A stretch of 64,000 nucleotides of DNA from Desulfobulbaceae bacterium. Its GTDB lineage: Bacteria; Desulfobacterota; Desulfobulbia; Desulfobulbales; Desulfobulbaceae. Positions 10,722 through 20,286 of the stretch are shown here, in pieces. A program made the translations under genes and the position numbers. The stretch covers positions 6,741 to 70,740 of the forward strand of contig JAFLKR010000041.1 in the NCBI GenBank assembly GCA_019163135.1. The letters run 5' to 3'. The number at the start of each line of letters is the position of its first letter. The first letter of the stretch is position 1. A model generated the notes under the pieces. It did not search any database. It worked only from the letters and a program-made list of their open reading frames with translations, and had not been told where the DNA came from.

Positions 10722-11435
10722 TCAGTCGCGACTGCCGCCGAAAAAACGCAGCAGCATGAGGAACAGATTGATGAAATCAAGATACAAGGCCAAGGCGCCG
10801 ATGATCGCTCCCCGACGGATGGCGGACTCCCCCTGCTGCATGATGCCTTCTTCGCCGATGGTTTTGATTTTTTGCACATCATAAGCGGTCAGTCCGACAA
10901 AGACCAAGACACCGATGGCCGAAATCGCCCAATACAACCCGGAACTTTTCAGGAAGATATTGACGATGGAAGCCAGGATAATCCCGACCAGCCCCATAAA
11001 CATGAACGACCCCATGCCGGAGAGGTCCCGCTTTGTCACCAGGCCGTAGACGGCCATAGCCGCAAACATGCCGGCGGTCACCAAAAAAGTGCCGGCAATC
11101 GAGGCACGGGTATAGGCCAGAAAAATCACGGACAGGGTCAGTCCATTGAGAATCGAATAGCCCAGGAATAAACCGGTGGCTGTGGCCGGTTGGATTTTTT
11201 CAATCCGTGCCGACAGAAAAAAGACCATCCCCAGTTCGGCCAGCACCAAAATCAAGAATAGAGGACTGGAAATAAGTGTTCTGGCCATGCCGGATTCGGC
11301 GGTCAGATAAGCCACACAACCGGTGACCGCCAGCCCGATGGCCATCCAGTTGAACACTTTGGCAAGGAAGATGGTCGAGGCCTCCTGTCTCGCCTGTGCA
11401 ATGGTTATGCCCCGTGTTTCTATTTGTGTCTGCAT
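10722..11435 (-). CDS. Bax inhibitor-1/YccA family membrane protein
   Basis: Multiple hydrophobic helices; GLTAYDVQKIK, GALALYLDFINLFLMLLR. Confidence 0.92.
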   Translation of the reverse strand: MQTQIETRGITIAQARQEASTIFLAKVFNWMAIGLAVTGCVAYLTAESGMARTLISSPLFLILVLAELGMVFFLSARIEKIQPATATGLFLGYSILNGLTLSVIFLAYTRASIAGTFLVTAGMFAAMAVYGLVTKRDLSGMGSFMFMGLVGIILASIVNIFLKSSGLYWAISAIGVLVFVGLTAYDVQKIKTIGEEGIMQQGESAIRRGAIIGALALYLDFINLFLMLLRFFGGSRD

Positions 11436-11811
11436 GTCTGCATTCTCCTTCTTGCTGTAGTTGATTTACCCGAGAGCGTATAGCTTAATGGCATTTTATA
11501 TTAATCATTTTAACGAAGATGGCAATATCCCGTCGTGCCTGCGCAATAAATTTCACCCGCAGACCTGCCGGCAACCAACTGTTCCCTGGCGACCTCCCTG
11601 GTGAAAGACGATTGTACTCGCCGGCGGTTTTTTCATCAAGCACCTTCCCTGAAAACCGGCTACTGTTAAACATAATTAAGACATCGATTGATGTGATATT
11701 CAATTCCAGACTGGACGCAAGATCTGGCAGTTGGGTTTGTTTATGCATGCTAAAATAAACCATCAACAGTGTAGCAACGCGGCACCAACTCAACTCGCAG
11801 AAAACAAAGAC

Positions 11812-12288
11812 ATGAAGAATAAAAGAGTCAACTCCCGAAACCCCGACCTTCCCTCCTTGGGAGATACGATGTCGGCTGTGTATTCTTCAAAAAATTGGAA
11901 GCAGCAATGGCGCTTGTTCCGCCTGTCCCAGGATTGGCCAGCAATCGTCGGCACCGAAATCGGACGCCTGACCTCACCAGCTTTCTTCCGTCAGGATGCA
12001 CTCTGGATTTTTGTCCAGGATTCTGCCTGGATGCAGCACATGCAATTTATCAAACTCGATTTGCTCAAAAGGCTTAACAAGGTTCTGGAGGAGCAACCGG
12101 TTACCGATATTCGCTGGTTGCTCCCGCCGGAAATACTGGCGAAGCCGAAACGACAGGTTAGCGAACCCCTACCGATTTCCCCCCAAGAAGAACAGACATT
12201 CCGTGCAATGACGGAGTCCGTCGCCAACCAGGAGTGCCGGGAAGCACTACATCGCCTCTGGCAAACCTTGGCTGACCACTCCAAATAA
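11812..12288 (+). CDS. DUF721 / DciA family replicative helicase loader-like protein
   Basis: QDWPAIVGTEIGRLTSP..LWIFVQDSAWMQHMQFIK pattern with C-terminal tail (LREAL-like CREALHRL). Confidence 0.75.
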   Translation: MKNKRVNSRNPDLPSLGDTMSAVYSSKNWKQQWRLFRLSQDWPAIVGTEIGRLTSPAFFRQDALWIFVQDSAWMQHMQFIKLDLLKRLNKVLEEQPVTDIRWLLPPEILAKPKRQVSEPLPISPQEEQTFRAMTESVANQECREALHRLWQTLADHSK

Positions 12289-12480
12289 GCGGTGTCGACC
12301 TCTCGTCAACACCGCGCAACCGCTCATTTCAAAAAACCCGCACCTCAATCGGTCCGACTGCGTGCTACTTTCCCATAATTTTCAGATCGCCGGGGCGCTT
12401 GTTTTGCTCTTTGGCCGAAAATAGGCTATGCTTTGACTCGTATGTCTCACCCCAGTCCCATAAAACTCTTATAGAACAGC

Positions 12481-14805
12481 ATGAATATCATCGAATTAAT
12501 TGGCAACACCCCGCTGGTTGAATTGCGTCGTCTCAATCCTTCCGCCGAATCCGTTCAACTCTTCGGCAAGCTCGAATCGCGCAATCCCGGCGGGTCTATC
12601 AAGGACCGGGTCGCCCTGTCCATGGTCGAGGCAGGGGAAAAAAGCGGCGAACTGACCCACGACAAAATCCTGCTGGAGGCTACCAGCGGCAATACCGGAA
12701 TCGGTATGGCTATGGTCTGCGCGGCCAAGCAGTACCGTTGCCAACTGATCATGCCGGAATCGGCCTCGATCGAGCGACGGTTGATCATGCAGGCCTACGG
12801 CGCGGAAATCATCCTGACCCCGGCCAAACGGGCCACCGACGGCGCCATCGAAAAAGCCTACGCCCTCGCTCGGGAGCACCCGGAGAGGTACTTCCTCGCT
12901 GATCAGTTCAACAATCCAGCTAACTGGCAGGCGCATTACAAATCCACCGCCCCTGAAATCTGGGCGCAGACCGGTGGCCGGGTCACCGATATCATCGTCA
13001 CTCTGGGAACCTCTGGAACAGCCATGGGTTTGTCCCGGTGGTTCCGGGATCATCACCCGGAGGTTCGGGTGATCGCGGTGGAACCCTATCTCGGCCATAA
13101 GATCCAGGGACTGAAAAACATGAAGGAGTCCTACAAGCCCGGTATTTTCGACAAGTCTCTGCCTTCTACCATCGTCAACGTGGCCGATGAGGATGCGTTT
13201 AGCACGGTCCGTCTTCTGGCGGCCGAAGAGGGCATTTTTGCCGGAATGAGCAGCGGGGCCGCGATTTTTGCCGCGATCGAAAGGGCGAAAGAGTTGTCCG
13301 AGGGCTGCATTGTCACCATCCTGCCCGATGGCGGTGAACGGTATCTGAGCACCTCGCTGTTCGTGAAGCGGGAAAAGACGCCGGAGAAAACTTCCCAGTT
13401 ACGGCTATTCAACACCATGTCCCGGAAAAAAGAGGTCTTCCGACCGATCAGTGAAAACCGCGTCACTCTCTATGCCTGCGGCCCCACTGCCTTTGAGCCG
13501 CCTAACCTCGCCCACTGCCGCCGGTTTATCGTCGCCGATCTCATCAAACGTTTTTTGCACCACTGCGGCTATGCGGTGGAATCGTACATGAATTTCACCG
13601 ACATCGACGACAATACTATTGCCGGGGCCATTGCGACCAACGCCAACCTGAAAGATTTCACCGGCAAATATATCGAGGAGTTCATGCATGCGGCCGAGAT
13701 CCTCAGCGTGGAAAAGGCGGCGGGCTACCCCCTGGCTTCCGAACACATCGGCGACATGATCGAAATCGCCCATGACCTGATACACAAAGGCTATGCCTAT
13801 GAAAAACACGGCTCAATTTATTTCGACATCTCCAAATTCAAGCAATACGGCCGGCTGTCCGGCATCGATCTGAGCAAGATCAAACTCGGCCAGACCGTGG
13901 ATCTTGACAATTACGAGAAAGATAATCCACGTGATTTCACCCTGCTCAAACGTTCCACCTTGGCAGAATTGAAAAAAGGCATCTTTTTTGAGACCGATTG
14001 GGGCAACATCCGGCCCGGCTGGCATATCGAGTGCTCGGCAATGTCCACCAAATACTTAGGCGAAACCATCGATATCCATACCGCCAGCCAGGACCTAGTC
14101 TTCCCACACCATGAAAACGAGATCGCCATTGCTGAGGCACTCACCGGTAAACCTCTTGCGAATTACTGGGTGCATTCCGGCCAACTGTTGAAGGATGGCC
14201 GCAAAATGGCGGATGCCACCGGAAATGTGGTGACCCTCAAAGAGGTGCTGGACAAGGGCTATGACGGCCGGGAACTCCGTTTCATGCTGATGGGCGTTCA
14301 TTACCGCAAGCCCCTGATTTTTTCCTACAAACGATTGAACAGCGCTCGGACGGCATTGAAAAGGATTGATGAATACACTCGCAAACTCCTCTGCCTACCC
14401 GCTGGCCTGCCCCATCCCGAGGTGACGGCTTCGTTGTCCGAGTTGGAAAAACAGTTCATTGATGCCATGAACGACGACCTCAATATCTCTGGGGCCATTG
14501 GGGCGCTTTTCAATTTTATCAAGCAGACCAACCCAATAGTGCAGTCAAGGAATCTTGATCGCGATCAAAAAAACGATATACTGGAAGTCCTGCGGATGAT
14601 CAATACGGTGCTTGGCATTCTCCGACTGGAGCATTGCCCCTTGACCCCGGAGATCGACCGACTCATCCGTCAACGCGAGCGGGCTAGGCAACTCAAGGAT
14701 TGGACGGCAGCGGATTCAGCTCGAGAAGAGTTGCTGAGCAAAGGAGTAACCATTCACGATACGGCGGTTGGACCAATCTGGGAACAAATCAAAGAAGGAG
14801 CGTAG
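12481..14805 (+). CDS. Fusion: PLP-dependent cysteine synthase (CysK/CysM family, ~aa 1-295) + cysteinyl-tRNA synthetase-like domain (~aa 310-774)
   Basis: NPGGSIKDR (PLP Lys), EATSGNTG, GTSGT, HKIQGLKN, PDGGERYLST; then CGPT, NFTDIDD, RPGWHIECSAM, DLVFPHHENE, DDLN, AR..KDW..AD..R; one uninterrupted ORF. Confidence 0.93.
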   Translation: MNIIELIGNTPLVELRRLNPSAESVQLFGKLESRNPGGSIKDRVALSMVEAGEKSGELTHDKILLEATSGNTGIGMAMVCAAKQYRCQLIMPESASIERRLIMQAYGAEIILTPAKRATDGAIEKAYALAREHPERYFLADQFNNPANWQAHYKSTAPEIWAQTGGRVTDIIVTLGTSGTAMGLSRWFRDHHPEVRVIAVEPYLGHKIQGLKNMKESYKPGIFDKSLPSTIVNVADEDAFSTVRLLAAEEGIFAGMSSGAAIFAAIERAKELSEGCIVTILPDGGERYLSTSLFVKREKTPEKTSQLRLFNTMSRKKEVFRPISENRVTLYACGPTAFEPPNLAHCRRFIVADLIKRFLHHCGYAVESYMNFTDIDDNTIAGAIATNANLKDFTGKYIEEFMHAAEILSVEKAAGYPLASEHIGDMIEIAHDLIHKGYAYEKHGSIYFDISKFKQYGRLSGIDLSKIKLGQTVDLDNYEKDNPRDFTLLKRSTLAELKKGIFFETDWGNIRPGWHIECSAMSTKYLGETIDIHTASQDLVFPHHENEIAIAEALTGKPLANYWVHSGQLLKDGRKMADATGNVVTLKEVLDKGYDGRELRFMLMGVHYRKPLIFSYKRLNSARTALKRIDEYTRKLLCLPAGLPHPEVTASLSELEKQFIDAMNDDLNISGAIGALFNFIKQTNPIVQSRNLDRDQKNDILEVLRMINTVLGILRLEHCPLTPEIDRLIRQRERARQLKDWTAADSAREELLSKGVTIHDTAVGPIWEQIKEGA

Positions 14806-14909
14806 TAAACGGCAGCGCTCTATCTGTCTTGAACGGAGCCCTGGGAGAGCCTGCTCTATAATACTTGCGTTCTCCGCTGTTCCTCGGTACATTGCCGACC
14901 AAAACACAT

Positions 14910-14986
14910 GCGCCAGTAGCTCAGCTGGATAGAGCAACGGCCTTCTAAGCCGTAGGTCGGAGGTTCGAACCCTCCCTGGCGTACCA
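14910..14986 (+). tRNA. tRNA-Arg (anticodon UCU)
   Basis: 77 nt GCGCCAGTAGCTCAGCTGGATAGAGC...ACGGC-CTTCTAA-GCCGT...GGTTCGAACC...TGGCGTACCA; cloverleaf with TTC loop and encoded CCA. Confidence 0.97.
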
Positions 14987-14993
14987 CAATATT

Positions 14994-15027
14994 AAGCACT
15001 TAGCCATTCCAGGTTAGGTGCTTTTTT
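14994..15027 (+). terminator. Terminator-like hairpin directly after tRNA-Arg (also the likely islet border)
   Basis: AAGCACTTAGCC-ATTCCA-GGTTAGGTGCTT followed by TTTT. Confidence 0.7.
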
Positions 15028-15504
15028 CATTATCGCTAACCCAACGCAAACCACCAGCCAACCCTTTATGTCCATTAACGACCCCTTTAGGTCGCTTTGC
15101 CCGCTCCCGCCGGCAAAACTCGACGGGGTGGACGGGGGCTGTATTTTACAGGTTTTGCGCATGGGAAAAAACCTCATCGTGTTTCTTGTTATGTACAATC
15201 GAGTGTTTGCCATATTATTCAAACCAAAAATCACGGAAAAAGCCCGCCCTGTCTTAATCATTTTTTTACAGTAGATCGAATGGTTACCGTCCAGAGAATG
15301 GACACTAACTGGATGGCGGGACAGATGGAAGCTTGAAAAAAAATTACGCACTCTCCAAAGGGCATGTGGCATCATCACCCTGTTAGAGAAGGAAACCGAT
15401 CCGGTGACCAACGCCATTCAATAGATTTTATTGCCCAATTTTGAGAAAAAAATAGGGATTCCTCAAGGAATCCCTACAAATATAAAGACTTTATTTATTT
15501 TCAG

Positions 15505-15879
15505 TTAATATCCGCTACCTACAATAAGGTTATTGTTTGTTTTCTTAATATAGGTATTTTTCTCTTTTTCTTTCCATTCGTATTTAACCCAAGATCCTTG
15601 AGGAGTTGCACCCTTTATTGCTTCATAAATAGGCATGGCTTCAACTTTTAGATCCTTCCCTGCCAAAGTTGGATGAACAATGAGCTTCCCATCTGCTTCC
15701 AAGATGAATGCATATGGCGTGTAAGCATCCGGAGTAAAACTTGCAGCCACTTTACCACTGTTAATGGCAGCCACAACTTCATCCACATTTTTACTGATAG
15801 CCTCCTTGTCGGCACTAAAAGACGGGTTAGCAAAGAGAAAAACCGCGACCATGGAAAGCATTACCATTAAACATTTCAT
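15505..15879 (-). CDS. Small exported stand-alone single-Cache-like domain protein
   Basis: Signal peptide (..ANPSFS/ADK); YAFILEADGKLIVHPTLAGKDL...G.WVKYEW...K.TYIKK...IVGSGY resembles sCache_2; visibly AT-rich DNA. Confidence 0.65.
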   Translation of the reverse strand: MKCLMVMLSMVAVFLFANPSFSADKEAISKNVDEVVAAINSGKVAASFTPDAYTPYAFILEADGKLIVHPTLAGKDLKVEAMPIYEAIKGATPQGSWVKYEWKEKEKNTYIKKTNNNLIVGSGY

Positions 15880-16429
15880 ATTTCATTCCCCTCTTTTGTT
15901 GAATATCGAAACCCTGCCCTATGCAGGTTTTCGAAAACCATAAAGGTTGAAAGATAAAAATATTGAACACCTGTTGCGCTAGAGCGCCCCAAAGTTTGAC
16001 CTGTTTGAGTTGCTCTAGTATTGAAAGATGTTAACACTGCCCAGATCGTCCATGTTTTCATGGCGATCATTTTACTTATATGCAAGAGGAATTCAATGAA
16101 AAAATACCGGTAGAGTATACGGTGTCCAAACTGGAACTATTCATACGGTAATTGCGTACCGTAGCCGAATGACTTGAAAAACGGCAAAAGTTGATTTTTT
16201 CAGGTAAGGTTGGCCAAGCCAGGTAACTAGAATTATTTATCAATAGAAGGCCAATAAAGGGAAGCAACAAGACTCAAAATGGTCTTCAATAGACATTCAA
16301 AAGAAGGCAACTTGCACAACAGTTTTTTTTATATTCAATTACTCAAGCTTCGCACTTGGTTCCGTTGACCTGAAGTGAGACTGATCTCGATAATTGATGG
16401 ACTTTTATCCATTATTTATGATGGTGAAC

Positions 16430-17123
16430 AAGTTATTTCAAATAGTTAAATGCGGGACTCCTCACCCTACCTTTTGGTGGAGTCTACTTGTCCTGGGGGG
16501 ATCGTCAGAAATCGGAAACTGTGGCTCTAAAAGTATGCCGCCTACGACTTCCTCAAGAACTCGAGTTTAACTGGGATAAATTCATGCTGGTCTGGTGGCA
16601 GTGATTGACCGTATCTTCGATGTGCTGACCAGTGAACAGGGCGAGAAGGTTTTGATTTGACAGCGCCTATGACCGCTCTCCTTCCAAGGTGGCCGAACTG
16701 CTGGCCTGGATTCATGCCCCCAATACCAACCAGGGCCTGAAGGGATTCAAACTCCTTACCCTTAATGGGTCCGATGGCGTCAGCTTTTTACCGTTGGACT
16801 TCACCCTGTGCTCCTCGACCAAGGCGAGCAAGTGGCTTCAGTGCATAAAAAAGGAATTGGACAAGCGCTGCAACGGCTACAAAAAAAGGGCGGAGGCTTT
16901 CGTCAAATTCACCGACCACTTGAAGACCATGGCCAAACGGGTTGGGGTCATGGGGACACGATCCGACTCTCTCCTGAGGGACAGTTGGTTTTCTTTCCAT
17001 CGATCCTCGCTACCCTGGCAAGCACTTGCCGGTGATTTGCATGGCCAAGGACATGTCCAAAGTTTTTTATCGTCACCAAGAACCGCACCGCAAAAGTCGC
17101 TGTCTGCGAGTCTCCTCCAGTAA
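16430..17123 (+). pseudogene. Decayed IS4-superfamily (DDE) transposase remnant
   Basis: Frame-hopping segments AAYDFLKN / FNWDKF / EKVLI-DSAYDRSPSKVAELLA..H...KGFKLLTL..SDG.SFLPLDF...DKR..GYKKR.EA...DSWF; several frameshifts and no C-terminus; family assignment is from motif recall. Confidence 0.7.
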
Positions 17124-17158
17124 ACCAGATAGGCGCGGAGAATAGCGTTTGTACAGTG

Positions 17159-17908
17159 TTAACGGGAAGGACGTCCACCCGCAATCGCGGCCTGGAGCAT
17201 TTTTACGATATTAGAGTTATTTGTTTTGACCGCACCGTCTAAAGCAGTAATACCTTCCTTATTTCGAATATCCAGCCTTGCGCCTTTATCGATCAGCAAG
17301 CGAACAATCCCCTCGTTGCCATTGGCCACCGCCACAATAATTGCAGTATTGCCGTTCTTGGTCTGAAGATCTAAGCCTGCTCGCTTTTTTATCAACAATC
17401 GAGCGATATCGGCTTTATCGTTGGCCACCGCCGCAATAAGGGCGGTATCGCCTGTTGTGTTCTGAATATTCACCTGAGCACCCTTGTCGATCATCATTTG
17501 AACGATATCGGCGCTGCCTATGGCCGCTGCAAAGATTAGGGCGGTATCACCATTGTTATTCTGAATATTCACCTGGGCTTTCTTTTTAATCAGCCTTTTG
17601 ACTATGTCGGTGTTGGCTTTGGCCGCCGCAAAGATTAGGGCAGTATCGCCATTGTTATTCTGAAGATCCACTTGGGCGCCTTTGTCGATCAACTTTCGGG
17701 CGATATCGGTGTCGCCTTTATCCAATGCCAAAATGAGAGGGGTATCGCCATCGGGACTCTGTGCGTTGATATCCTGACCCATGAAAGATTCCTGTGGGGC
17801 CACCTTTCCAGCCTTCCCAGCCTTCGATGAAGTTCGAGCGCAACCAGACCCAACCAGCAGAGCCAATATTGGCAGCAAGATTAAATAACGAATCGCTCTG
17901 TTTGTCAT
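17159..17908 (-). CDS. Ankyrin-repeat lipoprotein (about six ANK repeats)
   Basis: Lipobox LLVGSG-C; repeated GDTALIFAAA..N.DIV..L..KGAQVN.QNN.G units. Confidence 0.9.
   Translation of the reverse strand: MTNRAIRYLILLPILALLVGSGCARTSSKAGKAGKVAPQESFMGQDINAQSPDGDTPLILALDKGDTDIARKLIDKGAQVDLQNNNGDTALIFAAAKANTDIVKRLIKKKAQVNIQNNNGDTALIFAAAIGSADIVQMMIDKGAQVNIQNTTGDTALIAAVANDKADIARLLIKKRAGLDLQTKNGNTAIIVAVANGNEGIVRLLIDKGARLDIRNKEGITALDGAVKTNNSNIVKMLQAAIAGGRPSR
17290..17760 (-). repeat. Approximately 99-bp tandem DNA repeats encoding ankyrin units
   Basis: Recurrent gc(a/g)gtatc(g/a)ccattgttattctgaa...cac(c/t)tggg and cc(t/c)ttgtcgatca blocks at 99-nt spacing; boundaries approximate. Confidence 0.75.
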
Positions 17909-18260
17909 TTTACACCTCGTTACAGCAAAATTATTCTGAGTTTTCATCTACTATTAGAAGGCCGCAATGTGCCGGGTAGAAAGAACGCAATTTGACGAAT
18001 GGACACCGCGCCTGGAGAAGCATTCTCTTGGTACTATACCATTACTTGCCTGACAAATATTATCAAAAAAGAATTGTCGAAATCATCTAGCCCCGATTTT
18101 TTCTTTTTAAAAGCCAGGGAATTCTGGCCACTCGATGGTATTATCCTCCTTACCAGGGAGACAGGTACAAGTAAACGGAGCGTCACCACCCCAGCAACCC
18201 ATTAAGATAGTTAACAATTACTGCCCATCTCGCCTGTTGATCTCAACAAAGGGAATATTG

Positions 18261-18827
18261 ATGAACATATCATCAACTCTGAAATTAATAATCACGCTGT
18301 TTTTCTTGTTGCCCCTCTTCGTACAAGCCCACGCTTTTACACCTATCCAGCCGGGACAAGAAAAAATAACGGCCGGAACCGATAAGGTCGATTGGCTAAA
18401 ACAGGCCACTGCTCTTGCAGAATCGAAGAATTGGAAAGGGCTGATAGACTGGTGCCGGAAGTGGACGAAAAGTGAACCAAGGAGTGCTGCGGCCTGGCTG
18501 GAACTTGGAATGGCTTACAGCAAACTTAAACGCCACAACGATGCGATTGGCGCTTATCGACAGGCGGTAAAAATCAATCCAGGCTATTCTTATGCCTGGA
18601 ACAACCTCGGGAACGCATATAACGAACTCAACCGTTCCAGCGATGCGGTTAACGCATATCGGCAAGCGCTGGATATCGATCCGAACCGTGCCTATGTCTG
18701 GTACAATCTCGGAATCGCCCATCTTAAAACTGGCAATCAGGTCGCCGCCCTGGATGTCGTCAAGAACCTGCAACGACTTAGCCCTGAACAAGCAGATCTA
18801 TTGCTGAGCATGATCGAGCCTCGCTGA
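18261..18827 (+). CDS. Exported tetratricopeptide-repeat protein
   Basis: Signal peptide (VQAHA); TPR units AWLELGMAYSKL, AWNNLGNAYNEL, VWYNLGIAH. Confidence 0.88.
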   Translation: MNISSTLKLIITLFFLLPLFVQAHAFTPIQPGQEKITAGTDKVDWLKQATALAESKNWKGLIDWCRKWTKSEPRSAAAWLELGMAYSKLKRHNDAIGAYRQAVKINPGYSYAWNNLGNAYNELNRSSDAVNAYRQALDIDPNRAYVWYNLGIAHLKTGNQVAALDVVKNLQRLSPEQADLLLSMIEPR

Positions 18828-19044
18828 CGTTAAGGAACCGCTTTTGCGGCACTCGCCAAGGTAATGTACGAGATGAATTCGTGTCATCAATGGCCCTGTG
18901 GATTAAGCGAAGGGCATCTGCCGCCCCTGAGGTCAAACGATTACTAAACATGACCGCAACCATGATCGGTAACTTAGCGACGAAACTCTTCCGACAATTT
19001 GAAAATGCGCTGGCCGAGTCTTTGGACATACCCGGCAAGAGACC

Positions 19045-19854
19045 ATGGTGATATTGAAAATGCCCGATCAACCAAACCACTCCTTTTCCCGCTACATCGG
19101 CATTGACTACTCCGGTGCCCAAACCATCACCTCCAGCCTGAAGGGGTTGCGGGTCTATGAGGGCGACCGGGAGGCCTTGCCTATTGAAGTGCAACCGCCG
19201 CCCAGCCCTCGAAAATACTGGACTCGACGCGGCATTGCCGAATGGCTGGGCGAGCGCTTAAGCGACGACCTGCCGACCCTGGTCGGCATAGATCACGGCT
19301 TCTCCTTTCCTTTGCGGTATTTTGAAGCCCATCATCTGGAGCCGGATTGGCAAGTCTTTCTTGACGACTTTCAGCAACATTGGCCAACGGATGCTGACCA
19401 CACCTATGTCGATTTCATCCGCCATGGTGTTTGCGGCAATGGCGACGCTCGCTCGGGAAATGCATGCTGGCGCAGGCTGACCGAAGAGCACGCCGGGGCC
19501 AAATCGGTTTTTCATTTTGACGTGCCGGGATCGGTTGCCAAGTCGACCCATGCCGGGCTGCCCTGGCTGCGATATCTGCGCAATCGACTCGGCCAAGGTC
19601 TCCACTGCTGGCCCTTTGACGGCTGGAAAATTCCGGCCGGGCAATCGGCCATCGTCGAAGTCTATCCGTCGCTCTGGAACCGGAGTCTCCCGCGTGAAAA
19701 CCGCACACCGGACCAGCACGACGCCTATGCAGTCTCAGCCTGGCTCCGCCAAGCCGATCTTGACGGCAGCCTTCGCCAATTTCTCCACCCATCGCTGTTG
19801 CCTGGGGAATACGCAGTCGCCCGAATCGAGGGTTGGATTCTGGGGGTAACATGA
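19045..19854 (+). CDS. DUF429-like predicted nuclease (RNase H-like fold)
   Basis: YIGIDYSGA, VGIDHGFSFP, VEVYP, DQHDAYA acidic motifs. Confidence 0.6.
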   Translation: MVILKMPDQPNHSFSRYIGIDYSGAQTITSSLKGLRVYEGDREALPIEVQPPPSPRKYWTRRGIAEWLGERLSDDLPTLVGIDHGFSFPLRYFEAHHLEPDWQVFLDDFQQHWPTDADHTYVDFIRHGVCGNGDARSGNACWRRLTEEHAGAKSVFHFDVPGSVAKSTHAGLPWLRYLRNRLGQGLHCWPFDGWKIPAGQSAIVEVYPSLWNRSLPRENRTPDQHDAYAVSAWLRQADLDGSLRQFLHPSLLPGEYAVARIEGWILGVT

Positions 19855-20250
19855 TGACCAAAAATTTCGAAGAGAAAGACCGATTCCACGGTTGGGCACC
19901 GGATATCGAAACGTGGCCGGAATCCTGGATGAGAGCGGAGATAGATTTGGATTATGGCCACCAGTTCCTGCCCTATTTCAAGGAGGCTCTCCAGTCTCTG
20001 TGCGATGTAAGGACTGGCACGGAAAACATTTGGGCAATAGCGGGAAAACCTCTGGCTGCTCGGAGGAACAATCGTTAGCGAGAGATCCCTTGACGAAGAC
20101 GACCAAGAGAAGCCGCTGCACAGACTTCTTGATGCAGTTGGGGGCGATGGCCTTCTGCCCGATCATTACGAGCAGATGAGCGAGGCGGAACTGCAGACTT
20201 TCGGACAGATGTGCCGCAGATTTGAGAAATATCTCCGGGAAAAACACTGA
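19851..20250 (+). pseudogene. Disrupted hypothetical gene (frameshift near 20010 plus TAG at 20038-20040)
   Basis: ATGA-coupled to the DUF429-like gene; WPESWM..DLDYG..FLPYF in frame 1, continuing in the +1 frame as GLARKTFGQ*RENLWLLGGTIV...DGLLPDHYEQMSEAELQTFGQMCRRFEKYLREKH*. Confidence 0.6.
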
Positions 20251-20286
20251 AGGCCACCTGCATAAAATTTTACAGGAGTTCTTTTG

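Noticed and set aside
11555-11575. AGACCTGCC, the 3' motif of cobalamin riboswitches
   Set aside because: No upstream GGGAA, CTGTAA or CACTG core elements, and no B12-related gene.
12289-12315. GC-rich hairpin after the DUF721 gene
   Set aside because: No U-tract, so not called as an intrinsic terminator.
15284-15300. GTCC-AGAGAAT-GGAC hairpin resembling a PyrR binding loop
   Set aside because: Lacks the GAGGYU half of the consensus and is not upstream of a pyr gene.
14992-15417. ORFs of 68-141 aa on both strands just after the tRNA
   Set aside because: No recognisable family, RBS or consistent frame; probably decayed mobile DNA. No integrase motifs seen.
16094-16300. Stop-interrupted frame MKNTGRVYGVQTGTIH..., vaguely like a solute-binding protein
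   Set aside because: Too short and degenerate to assign.
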